From NCBI GenBank assembly GCA_033763415.1, contig JANRKP010000024.1:2587-66586 (forward strand): a DNA stretch of 64,000 nucleotides, written 5' to 3'. Below, piece after piece: positions 1 to 9,494 of this stretch (positions within the stretch are counted from its first letter, which is position 1; each line of letters starts with the position of its first letter). Under the pieces are notes generated by a model. It had not been told where the DNA came from and searched no databases. It saw only the letters and a program-made list of their open reading frames with translations. Both the position numbers and the translations under genes were made by a program. Source of the stretch: Candidatus Melainabacteria bacterium (GTDB lineage: Bacteria; Cyanobacteriota; Vampirovibrionia; Vampirovibrionales; JAJTHC01).

Positions 1-1067
1 GGGTTAGAGCAACCGACGCGCCAATTATTAGGCTTTTATTAACGGCGGCAATTGCTCCAGATTGGCTGTTTTTATTAGTGTATAGAAAAGAGAATGTGCC
101 CCCTGGATTGCGAAGAGAGTGAACAACAAACGTTCTCGGCTAACGCCCAACAACGGGTTAGCGAGTTACATTTTAAGGTTGTGGTTTGTCCTGAGGTTTC
201 GTGGATCGTATCGTGGTGTTGGTGTTTTTGGTGGTTTATACGCCCTGGCTCATTCACGTTCCCTGTGAATTGGAGACCGAATAACCCGGGGCATAACGAT
301 ATTCAATGTTTTCGCGCAGGCAGTTTTTAGGCGTGAGAAGAGTGCAGCAACAGGCGTTTAGACCAAACTAAATGACTGAGGCAAGCACCCCCAAGCACAC
401 CGAAAATGCCCGTGACGACGCTGAATGTTGACACTGCCCAGTGGTGGTATGCAAAACAGTGAACGATGAAGCGCTAGAGGCTTGACCTAGATCCTTGACA
501 GTGTTAGCCCTTAATCTGGAAACCCTCAATCAATGTCGTCTCACACCGGCGCGATACCCCGGTTGCTTGTTCCCGCTGTATATTGGGCCAAAACGCCCAG
601 GCTCCGCAAAAGCAACACATCTTGAAGCAAAACGTTCGATCAAAAAAATAGCTCGCAAAAAAGCAGTTCGCAAAAAACAGTTCGATTTCGATCTTGTCCG
701 TGTCGTGCTGGGAAGGATGTTTATTGCGCCTCGTGTCCACATTCGCCCGCGTGTTCCGCGGCGAAAAATTCAGCCCTAAACAAGCCCGATTTATTTGACG
801 ATGACTGTGTTTCCTTGTTTCTGACTCGCATCAGTCGTTTCCATTGGTTGTTTTAAACCGTTGTTTCAAACCGTTGTTTCAAGCGGTTATTTCAACCTGG
901 CAACTGCGCAAATGCTGACCCGAGATTGTTTTCCCCTCCGTTCCCCCTTTAAATTCGTTCAATCCCCCCCCTGAGAATGAATCTTCAACGACGTTCTGGT
1001 ATCACTTGGTTTTTCTGAAACGCTCGCTCACTCCAAATAACACGCTAACGAGCAAAATCAATACGGT

Positions 1068-1102
1068 AAAAAGGCTCTCCCTTTATTGGCAGAGCCTTTA
1101 TT
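1068..1102. terminator. Bidirectional rho-independent terminator candidate: perfect 9-bp inverted repeat aaaggctct/agagccttt around a 12-nt loop, then a T-run
   Basis: Hairpin and T-tract read directly in the sequence. It lies 3' of the minus-strand ORF 1150..1446 and has A/T runs on both sides. Confidence 0.5.
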
Positions 1103-1149
1103 TTTTGGCAGAACATTTATTTTTGGAATATTTAAGCAAACACAGTCGT

Positions 1150-1446
1150 TTAATTTAGCGAATGCCCGTTCGTGGTCAGGAACGCCAACGGTTTTTCGTG
1201 AATGTGCTGCATTTGTTCCATCTGAGAGACCACGGACCGCATGAACCGCTGGTGCTGGAGTAGAGCCAGGGCTTTGGCTGGAAATTCTTCCACCACCGCT
1301 TCCACGGAAGCCAACTCGGACTTTCGGTGGATAAACTGATGAAAACCCTTGCCAAATCGGCTGGCAATTCCCTCGTATCGCGGCTGTGCCTCTAAACGGT
1401 CACAATTAAACGAGGCAACCCCCGCAAGTAGTACTTTTGATGCCAT
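1150..1446 (-). CDS. hypothetical small protein (98 aa)
   Basis: Intact ORF followed by the terminator hairpin. No recognizable motif. Confidence 0.35.
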   Translation of the reverse strand: MASKVLLAGVASFNCDRLEAQPRYEGIASRFGKGFHQFIHRKSELASVEAVVEEFPAKALALLQHQRFMRSVVSQMEQMQHIHEKPLAFLTTNGHSLN

Positions 1447-1829
1447 ATGACCGAAAAACCTCCTGAATTAAAACCAATGGGGCGCCTACAGGTTGCTTGG
1501 CAATGAATGATGCAACAGGCTGGATCGCAAACAAGAACAGAACTAACGGAGAAACGAACACTCGATAACCTTGCAAAACACGCACGAACGGCGATCTGTG
1601 ACCACGGCTGCGTATTTGCTACACCCGCATGAACGGAGTGAAGGCAAACTGATGTTAACCGACGGGGCGTTGTAAACAAAGTTGTTACATCTCCGCTCGC
1701 GGCAAGCCAGCGCTTGCCAAGCCGCAGTGCCCGCGCTTGAATAAACGAACCGTTGAAAGCCGTTCCTAGCCAATGGCGTTGCTGGAGAACAACTGCTGCA
1801 AAAGAGCCGCAAAGAAAGGATCCCGTTGC

Positions 1830-2936
1830 ATGAGCGCTTCTATTCGTCCGCCCTACCACATTCTGCTGCTGCCAGGCGACGGCATTGGCCCAGACGTGCT
1901 GGCCCAGGCACAGGCTTTACTTAAGGTGTTGGAGGCCCGCTTTTCAGTCACTTTTACAACCCAAACGGCGCTCATTGGGGGCGCCGCGGTAGATGTTGAC
2001 GGGGTTCCGCTACCGCAAGAGACGCTGCAAAAAGCCCTCCAGGCAGACGCCATTTTGTTGGGGGCGGTTGGAGGCCCGCAGTACGATGCGCTACCCTTGG
2101 CGCAGCGGCCCGAACAAGGTTTATTACAGATACGAAAAGCCATGGGGCTGTATGCCAACCTTCGCCCTGTGACGGCATACACCTCGCTCCTCCATGCCTC
2201 GCCCCTCAAGCCGGAACGGTTTGAAGGCACCGATTTGCTCATTGTCAGAGAACTCACTGGCGGTCTCTATTTTGGCCAACGCGAGCAGACAGACACCGAG
2301 GCATACGACACCATGCGCTACAGCCGCACCGAAATTGAGCGGGTGGCCCGCAGCGCTTTTGCACTAGCCGCCCAGCGAAAAAGGCGCCTGTGTTCCGTGG
2401 ATAAAGCCAACGTGCTAGCCAGTTCTCGCCTGTGGCGGCAGGTGGTTAACGAGCTGGCCAACGAGTACCCGGACGTGGCGGTCCAGCATCTCTATGTGGA
2501 CAACGCCGCTATGCAACTCATTACAAATCCCACCCAGTTTGACGTGCTGCTGACCGAAAATATGTTTGGCGATATCCTCTCAGATGAAGCCTCGGTACTG
2601 ATGGGCTCTTTGGGAATGTTGCCCAGCGCCAGCCTCGGGGAAGGAAAGGCCGCGCTGTACGAGCCCGCACACGGTTCTGCCCCAGACATTGCCGGGCAAG
2701 ACAAAGCCAACCCGATTGCCACACTGCTTTCTGTGGCCATGATGATGGAAACGTCTTTCCAGTGGCCGGAGGCAGCCCATTTAATTCGGCAAGCCATCCA
2801 AGTTGCATTGGCAGAAGGCTTACGCACCGCAGATATTGCAGAACCCGGCCAACCAACCGTAGGCACCCAGGCGATGGGCGCGCGCATTATCCAGCTTGTT
2901 GGCACTTTGCCAACCGCCGTCACCGTCTCAGCCTGA
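1830..2936 (+). CDS. leuB: 3-isopropylmalate dehydrogenase
   Basis: Translation carries the LLLPGDGIGPDV N-terminal NAD-binding motif and the overall isocitrate/isopropylmalate dehydrogenase pattern. Length is about 369 aa from the ATG at 1830, which is preceded by an aaggat RBS. Confidence 0.9.
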   Translation: MSASIRPPYHILLLPGDGIGPDVLAQAQALLKVLEARFSVTFTTQTALIGGAAVDVDGVPLPQETLQKALQADAILLGAVGGPQYDALPLAQRPEQGLLQIRKAMGLYANLRPVTAYTSLLHASPLKPERFEGTDLLIVRELTGGLYFGQREQTDTEAYDTMRYSRTEIERVARSAFALAAQRKRRLCSVDKANVLASSRLWRQVVNELANEYPDVAVQHLYVDNAAMQLITNPTQFDVLLTENMFGDILSDEASVLMGSLGMLPSASLGEGKAALYEPAHGSAPDIAGQDKANPIATLLSVAMMMETSFQWPEAAHLIRQAIQVALAEGLRTADIAEPGQPTVGTQAMGARIIQLVGTLPTAVTVSA

Positions 2937-3169
2937 GGAGGAGGCCCTGCCTACTGACGTGGGCAGGTAGGTACAGATACCAGTGCAGGTAACAATGCGG
3001 TGGAATGTATTTACCATGGCTTGACTCATTTTTCCAATTAGCGTTCAATTCTTCAGTGCATTCATGAAAATCGTGTGACGACTTCCGTGTATTGTTCTCA
3101 CCGGACCGACGAACTGGATGATTGCCCTTGCAACGGGGCACTGTAGATGTAATCAAGGGGAAATTCACC

Positions 3170-4783
3170 ATGCGTGTTTCAAGCTTTCAGGCTGCCATTC
3201 AACCTGTTTCCAATCGTCAAAACCCAACGGTGCCCACACCCGCCGCGCGGGTTAGCCTAAACGCCGTCGATACCGTCTATTTTGGCGCGCGCCAATACGA
3301 CGAGCGTTTTGCGACCGAAGCGTATAAAGGCAACGAACTGTTTCCAGATTTGATGGCCTATAACGCTTGGGTTTTTGATGCCACGCGACAAATTGCCCGA
3401 GAAAAGCTTGAGACAGACTTGGCCAAGCTCGACGAGCAGCCAGTGAAAGATTTAACCCCGTTTCGGGGTAAGGAAATTGAGCCATTTTATACCGGAACAT
3501 TAAGCCAGGGAGAGCTGACCTGCATTTTGGCGGGCAAACTCTTTGATCACGAAATTCGGGTACTCCATGCTCGTGGAACAGACAAAGAGATGCAAATGCG
3601 TGCAGAACGCAATGAATACCGCGATCGGGCGGCCCATTTCAGCCCACTGCTCGCCGAATGGACTGCCGCGGCGAACAATGCCGACGGACAGCCCGCTGGC
3701 TTTTTTACAGAAGTGATGAAGCCTTTTGTGGATGGGACTTTCATGCAAGATCCCACGCTGTCGGGTCGGTGGTCGCTGAAGAATGGCTACTTCCAGGCTT
3801 GGCAAGATTTATTTACCGAGCGCTCCGCCAAAACAGGCCGCCAGTACATGGAAGAAATCCCGGTACAGTTTAACCTGCCGGATGGAACCGATGCCGCTGA
3901 CCACAAAACGGCAACGCCACCTGTGGCGGAAACCATTGCGAACCATCCGTGGGAAACCGACGGAAAAACGGGTTGGGGCCATCAGGTTTTGACCGATTTG
4001 GAGGCAGCATTGCACCCTGAAACGGCCAGTCGTTCCATTCCAGAGATTATTCCTGCCGCAACAAAAGCTTTTAAGGATGAACGCGCGGAAGCAGAACGAG
4101 CCAAAGAAAGAGCCGAAGCCGAAGCCAGTTCCTCTATGTTCCGTGGCTTAAAAGCGATCAAGCAGGTAGAGCGACGGTTAGAAAGCATTCCCAGACTCGC
4201 CAACGCTTCTCCAGAATTTAAGCAGGAGATGAAGCGCCAGGTTTTCCAAGTGGCTCAAATGTCTCCCGAAGGCCGCGGGGCGCTCTTCTCCTTTAAAGCC
4301 TTAGAACTGCTCAATGAACAGGTGCGGCGCGATTCGATAGCCGCTGGTACAGACTCAGACAGCCTCCAGGATCAACTTCCTGAGGGCTTTGCCAAGGCAC
4401 TGCGACCGAAAGTCTATAAAGCTGCAAAAGGCGAGTTTCCCGGTGATGTAAAGGTAGATGACGCCAGCTACCAAGAGCGGATTCAAGATTTGATGGGTCT
4501 TTGGGAAATAAGCCGTAAGCAAATGACATCGCAAGAGATTGTACAATACCTGGATCATCTTCCTGCTATTGATCCGCGAGAGGATAAAATGGTTGCACTT
4601 CAGACCATGACCGCAGCGGCAGAAGCACTTGAAGTGAACTATCCTCAAGAGATCTGGAACGCCTACGAAACAATGGTCGCTGCCGAGCCGACACTCAAAG
4701 TCCCCGTATTAGAAGAGCGGCTAAAAGAACGCTTGGCTCCTTATTTACAAGCCGCGGCGGCAGACACTGAAACTTCAAAATAG
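3170..4783 (+). CDS. hypothetical protein (about 537 aa), Glu/Lys-rich coiled-coil-like C-terminal half
   Basis: Long intact ORF. Start placed at ATG 3170 with an aagggga RBS upstream. No family recognized. Confidence 0.5.
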   Translation: MRVSSFQAAIQPVSNRQNPTVPTPAARVSLNAVDTVYFGARQYDERFATEAYKGNELFPDLMAYNAWVFDATRQIAREKLETDLAKLDEQPVKDLTPFRGKEIEPFYTGTLSQGELTCILAGKLFDHEIRVLHARGTDKEMQMRAERNEYRDRAAHFSPLLAEWTAAANNADGQPAGFFTEVMKPFVDGTFMQDPTLSGRWSLKNGYFQAWQDLFTERSAKTGRQYMEEIPVQFNLPDGTDAADHKTATPPVAETIANHPWETDGKTGWGHQVLTDLEAALHPETASRSIPEIIPAATKAFKDERAEAERAKERAEAEASSSMFRGLKAIKQVERRLESIPRLANASPEFKQEMKRQVFQVAQMSPEGRGALFSFKALELLNEQVRRDSIAAGTDSDSLQDQLPEGFAKALRPKVYKAAKGEFPGDVKVDDASYQERIQDLMGLWEISRKQMTSQEIVQYLDHLPAIDPREDKMVALQTMTAAAEALEVNYPQEIWNAYETMVAAEPTLKVPVLEERLKERLAPYLQAAAADTETSK

Positions 4784-4936
4784 GTTCGGCATCCATCATA
4801 TAGGGCAACCACGGCAACGGGCTAACTAGAATGAACATGAAATAAAAAGCAATGTTCACCCTGACTTGGTTTTTATTCGTCATAGCCAGAAAGCAGTTGG
4901 CTTTCATCTAACGACTCAAGGAATCCATTTGCCCCT

Positions 4937-6199
4937 ATGAAGCCCCATCTTGTTTTCTTCCACCAAAACTATCCCGCCCAGTTTGGTCCAATTATTCAGT
5001 TTTTGTTGAAGCATTACGAGGTGGATATCACCTATTTTAGTGAGCATCGACCAAAACCGGTGTTTCCAGGAATGGAGCACCGGTTTTATCGTTCGCACAA
5101 TGTGCCGAAATTTGAAAACCCATACTTTTTTACGCGCTACATTGAGCTGGAATCCCGTGCCATGTACGGCGCCTATTTGGCTTACGAGAAGCAAAAGCCA
5201 CGAGACGCCGACGTGCTGATTGGACATGTGGGCTTTGGCAACCTGATGTTTTTTCACGGAGCCTACCCAGAGATTCCGACCATTGGCTTTTTCGAAATTT
5301 TCTATGACCTCCTCGGCGGGGATCGCCCTGGATTTGAGCCTGCCTTGGAAAACAAGCTTCGGCGGCCCATTCGGAATGCCACCCAACTGCTGGAACTGGA
5401 ATACTGCACCAAGGGGTACTCGCCCACCCGTTATCAGCGCTCCACTTTTCCACAAGCCTACCAGCACAAGCTGCATACTTTGTTTGACGGGGTAGATGTT
5501 TCTCGCTACTCGCCCGGGGAAGTGGGGCATCAGTCCGAACTTCCCTGCACTTGGCCCAAAGACGCCAAAATTGTCACCTATGTGGCTCGTGGATTAGAAT
5601 CCTATCGTGGTTTTGACATTTTTATGGAAATGGCGCATCGTATCTGCCAGGTGCGTAACGATGTCCACTTTGTGATTGCAGGTCGCCCGAAAACACATTA
5701 CGGGCCAGATTTACGCTACATTCAAGAGCCCAGTTTCAAGGAGCACGTCCTCAAACAACACCCGTTTGATTTGTCGCGTTTTCACTTCTTAGATTGGATT
5801 TCAGAATCCGCCTTGGCCGACCTCTTTCGGCTCAGTGCGTGCCATTTTTACTGGACTGTTCCTTTTACCCTCTCCTGGAGCTTTTTCCAGGCGATGGCCA
5901 GTGGCGCACTGATTGTTGGATCAGACACAGAGCCAGTTCGAGACGTACTCATTCACGGAATGAACGGCCTGATGGTCCCTCCCTACGATGTCGACACCAT
6001 GGTCCAAACGGTTCTCTCTGCGCTAGACCACCCACAACACTATCAACCGCTCAGAGAGGCGGCCCGGGATACGGTCGTCAACCAGTACAGTTTTGAGGTT
6101 TGTCTGCCCAAGCTCGCCGATTTTTACCTGTCTGCACTCTCTCCTGCCAGCAGACCCTCGTTACAGCAATCCACACTTGCAGCAGCACCGTCAATCTAA
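4937..6199 (+). CDS. GT-B fold glycosyltransferase (GT4-like, group 1)
   Basis: The C-terminal region FQAMASGALIVGSDTEPVRDVLIHGMNGLMVPPYDVD matches the GT4 nucleotide-sugar binding consensus. The gene is convergent with the T1SS outer-membrane gene. Confidence 0.65.
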   Translation: MKPHLVFFHQNYPAQFGPIIQFLLKHYEVDITYFSEHRPKPVFPGMEHRFYRSHNVPKFENPYFFTRYIELESRAMYGAYLAYEKQKPRDADVLIGHVGFGNLMFFHGAYPEIPTIGFFEIFYDLLGGDRPGFEPALENKLRRPIRNATQLLELEYCTKGYSPTRYQRSTFPQAYQHKLHTLFDGVDVSRYSPGEVGHQSELPCTWPKDAKIVTYVARGLESYRGFDIFMEMAHRICQVRNDVHFVIAGRPKTHYGPDLRYIQEPSFKEHVLKQHPFDLSRFHFLDWISESALADLFRLSACHFYWTVPFTLSWSFFQAMASGALIVGSDTEPVRDVLIHGMNGLMVPPYDVDTMVQTVLSALDHPQHYQPLREAARDTVVNQYSFEVCLPKLADFYLSALSPASRPSLQQSTLAAAPSI

Positions 6200-6282
6200 C
6201 CAACAGATTAGCAATAAAATCCGCCGTGCCCCCAGAAAACGTTCCATTGCGCCCTTGGCTGTTTCACAATCAGCGATTCAAT

Positions 6283-8154
6283 TTAGGGAGCAACTACTTT
6301 TAAGTCGAGCGGTTGGATTTGTTCCGCATTAGCAGCAGGACTTAGCACCTGCTGATCGAGCGCCTGACGCTCCATGGTATCAGAGGCACTGTCCCAGGGT
6401 TTGCTGGCCTGTAGCGCCTGTTGTCGCTCCATTGCAATACGCGTCCGAAGGAAATCAGGGGTAAGCTGACCCGTTTCGTATAGCAGGGCAAGCTGAGCGG
6501 TATTAAAGTTTAAAATAGACGTTTTGTAAGCCAGACGAGCATCGGTCAGCTCTGTTTGCTGTTGCACCACTTCTAGGTTAATGCCCACACCCGTCTTTAA
6601 CCTGGATACGGCAATACGATAGGCTTCTTCCGCTGCAGTTAAACGCTCATCAGCCGCTTTGAGTTGATCGCGGTACTGATTATATTCATAAAACGCCTTG
6701 GCAATTTTCTCCTGAATTTCGTTGAGTTGTAGCTGTTGACGCAGCGTCAACTCAGTCACGCGGGCTTTGGCGGTTTTCATTCCACCCAGAATGCCCACCC
6801 CCATGTTGCGCAGAATATCCACATTAATGCGGCCACCCAACTGATTGACCGCCTTCAGGCTACCGACTTCTGGCCCGACGCCACCCATGTAACTGCCAAC
6901 AGTAATCGTGGGAAAGAGGTCGGCTCGCGCCATTTTGTACTCGGCACTGGCTTGATTAATTTGGGCCAGCAACTCCTGAATGTCCGGCCGTTGCGCTTTA
7001 GCCATTTCAATATAATCAGGCAGTTTCATTGCATCGTCTAAAAAATGCGTGGGACGGATGCGACGAGTCTCTGGCTCGACCTCCATACCAAAGGGCACAT
7101 TTAAGGTTGAGGTAAGCTGAACCTTGGCAAAAGACTCTGAGTTCTTGGCTTTGTAAAGCAAAGACTCTCGTTCGGCACGTTGCGCCACACTTTGCAGGAC
7201 ATCCAACTTTTTAGAAAACCCATGATTGAGACGCTTTTCGTGATAATCCTGCTGCGCTTGAGCTTCCAGTAAAGATTGCTCCGCCACCTCCACGTTCGAC
7301 ATATCGCGCAACATCACATAGTATTCTTTCAGCGCCTGATGCAAATTTTCCTGAAACGCCCGTCGACGGGCTTCCTGCGCAGCCTTGAGCCTATTTTTAG
7401 CAGCAGACACCCTAAAAATGGACTTACCCCCTGTCTGAATGGTGTAATCCAGCGATAAGCGGGGGAAATGCGTCGTGCGCTTCAAATTAATCGGCCGGGA
7501 ACTGAGCACAATCGTTCCACCGTCAAATTTTTCCAGAAAATATTCCCCGCTGATTGAAGGCAATAACTCCGCGTATGCCTGCCACAGACCACCTTTTGTC
7601 TGCTCAACCACAGCATCAGCAATGGCAACGTTCAAGCTCTGAGACTCAATGAGATCAATGACGGCTTCCAGGTTTAAAACCAACACCTGCGCACCCAGGG
7701 TAATTTTGCCATCCGTTACGCTGGAAGGCAAATCTGTCGTGGTAGAGGGCGAAGGCTGCGATGGGGCTGAAGGCTCATAGGGCTGAACTTCGGCTAACGG
7801 TTCAGAGCCCGCCTCTTCTTTAGGTGCCGAGGTAGAGGCCGACGAGCCATTGGACGCCGAAGAGGCCTCCGATTGCGTCGAAACTGGCGACACATTGGGC
7901 TCAATCGGCGCCATCTGCGTTACGGGATCCGCCTCCAATGTTTGTGCTTGGATTGGCATACTAACTGACAAAAATAAAACTGCAAGCAGCACCCCTGTGG
8001 AGGTAAACCGGGTTAAAAGCTGAGTTTTGCGACGCACGATAGTGTTGCCAAGCATTGAATGTTCCCAATCATATTTTACATCGTATGAGGGAGCGGACCG
8101 TAATACCCTCAGCAGATTACTATAAGTCATTGGCCAAAACAACGATAAATACAA
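6283..8154 (-). CDS. TolC-family outer membrane efflux protein (T1SS outer-membrane factor) with an N-terminal signal peptide and an S/P/T-rich linker of about 100 aa. The likely start is the ATG at 8055.
   Basis: Paired outer-membrane-efflux-protein repeat pattern (LNLEAVIDLIESQSLNVAIADAVVEQTKGG..., LYETGQLT...). Signal peptide RRKTQLLTRFTSTGVLLAVLFLSVSMPIQAQT. Last gene of the T1SS operon. Confidence 0.8.
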   Translation of the reverse strand: MYLSLFWPMTYSNLLRVLRSAPSYDVKYDWEHSMLGNTIVRRKTQLLTRFTSTGVLLAVLFLSVSMPIQAQTLEADPVTQMAPIEPNVSPVSTQSEASSASNGSSASTSAPKEEAGSEPLAEVQPYEPSAPSQPSPSTTTDLPSSVTDGKITLGAQVLVLNLEAVIDLIESQSLNVAIADAVVEQTKGGLWQAYAELLPSISGEYFLEKFDGGTIVLSSRPINLKRTTHFPRLSLDYTIQTGGKSIFRVSAAKNRLKAAQEARRRAFQENLHQALKEYYVMLRDMSNVEVAEQSLLEAQAQQDYHEKRLNHGFSKKLDVLQSVAQRAERESLLYKAKNSESFAKVQLTSTLNVPFGMEVEPETRRIRPTHFLDDAMKLPDYIEMAKAQRPDIQELLAQINQASAEYKMARADLFPTITVGSYMGGVGPEVGSLKAVNQLGGRINVDILRNMGVGILGGMKTAKARVTELTLRQQLQLNEIQEKIAKAFYEYNQYRDQLKAADERLTAAEEAYRIAVSRLKTGVGINLEVVQQQTELTDARLAYKTSILNFNTAQLALLYETGQLTPDFLRTRIAMERQQALQASKPWDSASDTMERQALDQQVLSPAANAEQIQPLDLKVVAP

Positions 8155-8203
8155 AACATTTCAATCCAAATTTCATTAGAGAATTGAAGCTAAAACAAAG
8201 TCG

Positions 8204-9472
8204 TTAACTTTTATTGCTCGGATCCCGGAAAGCACGATCCACTTTGACTTGAAGCGGTTCGGTAAAGAAACTGAGAATGGATTTTTCCCGAGTAATAATA
8301 TCGGTGTTCACACTCATTCCGGCGCGCAACGGATACTGTTTTCCGCGATTATCCACCACGGACTGGGCATCCGGCTTAACACGCGCCAAGTAAAAAATAT
8401 GTCCTTCCTCATCGTGCGTGGAAGACGGAGAGATGCTTTCGACCACACCAAAAATGCGCTCAAATTTCTGAATCGGAAACGCATCAAAGCGTAAAGCCGC
8501 CCGCTGACCCGGATGAATGTAGGCCAGATCCTGGTTGGTGATTTTCACTTCCGCCACCAGGGTTGCATCCTGCGGCACAATGGAGAGTAAATCTTCGCCC
8601 GCCCCCACCACATCGCCCGGGCCACGAACCTTTTGCTCGTGAATAATGCCATCAATGGGCGACGTCACCACCTGAAGCTTGCGCGTCAGCTCGTTCCGCT
8701 CCACATCATGGCTCAGGCTTACCACGTCCTTCTCCAGCTGCGTCAGGCGGTTGAGCAGCGTTTCTTGATAGCTGCCCTTGACGTGGCCAATGTCTTCGCG
8801 AGATTTGGCCAAAAACATCTGCCGGGCCTGAATCTCTTCTGCTATCGTACTCAAGTCTCCGCGCTGGTCGATCACCTTTTTTTCAAAATCCTTGTACTCC
8901 AGCTCAGAAAGGCCCCCTTCCTGATAAAGCGCCTTGTATTTTTTGAGCAGCGCTTCGTTGGTTTCCAGTAAGGTCTGCATTTTCTTACTTCGCTGCAACG
9001 CCTCTTGCACACGATGTTGCGCTTCTTCAACCTGAAGATGAGAAGCCCGCAGCTTGGATTCATACGACTGACGGGTGGCATTGAGCCATTCGCCAGAAGT
9101 GCCCGAAGGGAGACGTCCGCCCCTCTCCTGGCCAGTCGTCGCAGCCTGAAGTGCCGCTGCTTCCTGCCGAATCAATGACAGCTCGCCCTGGCTACGCCCC
9201 TGATCAATTCGAGTGCCTTCCGTGTCCAGCTCAAAAAGCACCTGTCCTTTGCGAACCACCTGGTTTTCCGTGACATAAACCTTAATGACCACCCCGTTAA
9301 TCGGGCTCCGAATAGTCCGATACTTACCCATGGGAACCATTTCGCCCACCCCTGGCACCGATTCTTCCAGGTTGCCAAAGGCCGACCACACTCCCAAGCC
9401 CAGAAAGCCCAGGGTGAGTAAAGCAAAGAAGACAAACGAAACGTAAACAATACTCTTCTGCGATTGTTTCAT
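8204..9472 (-). CDS. HlyD-family type I secretion membrane fusion / periplasmic adaptor protein
   Basis: N-terminal TM anchor, long coiled-coil middle and a C-terminal beta domain typical of HlyD. The ATG at 9472 has a ggaga RBS. Sits between the ABC and TolC genes. Confidence 0.85.
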   Translation of the reverse strand: MKQSQKSIVYVSFVFFALLTLGFLGLGVWSAFGNLEESVPGVGEMVPMGKYRTIRSPINGVVIKVYVTENQVVRKGQVLFELDTEGTRIDQGRSQGELSLIRQEAAALQAATTGQERGGRLPSGTSGEWLNATRQSYESKLRASHLQVEEAQHRVQEALQRSKKMQTLLETNEALLKKYKALYQEGGLSELEYKDFEKKVIDQRGDLSTIAEEIQARQMFLAKSREDIGHVKGSYQETLLNRLTQLEKDVVSLSHDVERNELTRKLQVVTSPIDGIIHEQKVRGPGDVVGAGEDLLSIVPQDATLVAEVKITNQDLAYIHPGQRAALRFDAFPIQKFERIFGVVESISPSSTHDEEGHIFYLARVKPDAQSVVDNRGKQYPLRAGMSVNTDIITREKSILSFFTEPLQVKVDRAFRDPSNKS

Positions 9473-9494
9473 CACAGGGGGGATCTCCAGACGG

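Noticed and set aside
427-455. ttgaca ... tatgca promoter-like pair
   Set aside because: The spacer is only about 14 nt and there is no clear downstream gene. Too weak to call.
495-779. 94-aa Lys/Arg-rich ORF resembling a small ribosomal protein (KRSIKKIARKKAVRKKQF)
   Set aside because: It does not match S20 or S21 consensus on inspection. It overlaps antisense ORFs and lacks a clear RBS. I left it uncalled.
1392-1859. 155-aa minus-strand ORF overlapping the leuB start
   Set aside because: It is antisense to the well-supported leuB N-terminus and has biased composition. It is most likely spurious.
2938-2975. Hairpin cctgcc-N10-ggcagg after the leuB stop
   Set aside because: It has a short stem and no following T-tract, so I did not call it as an intrinsic terminator.
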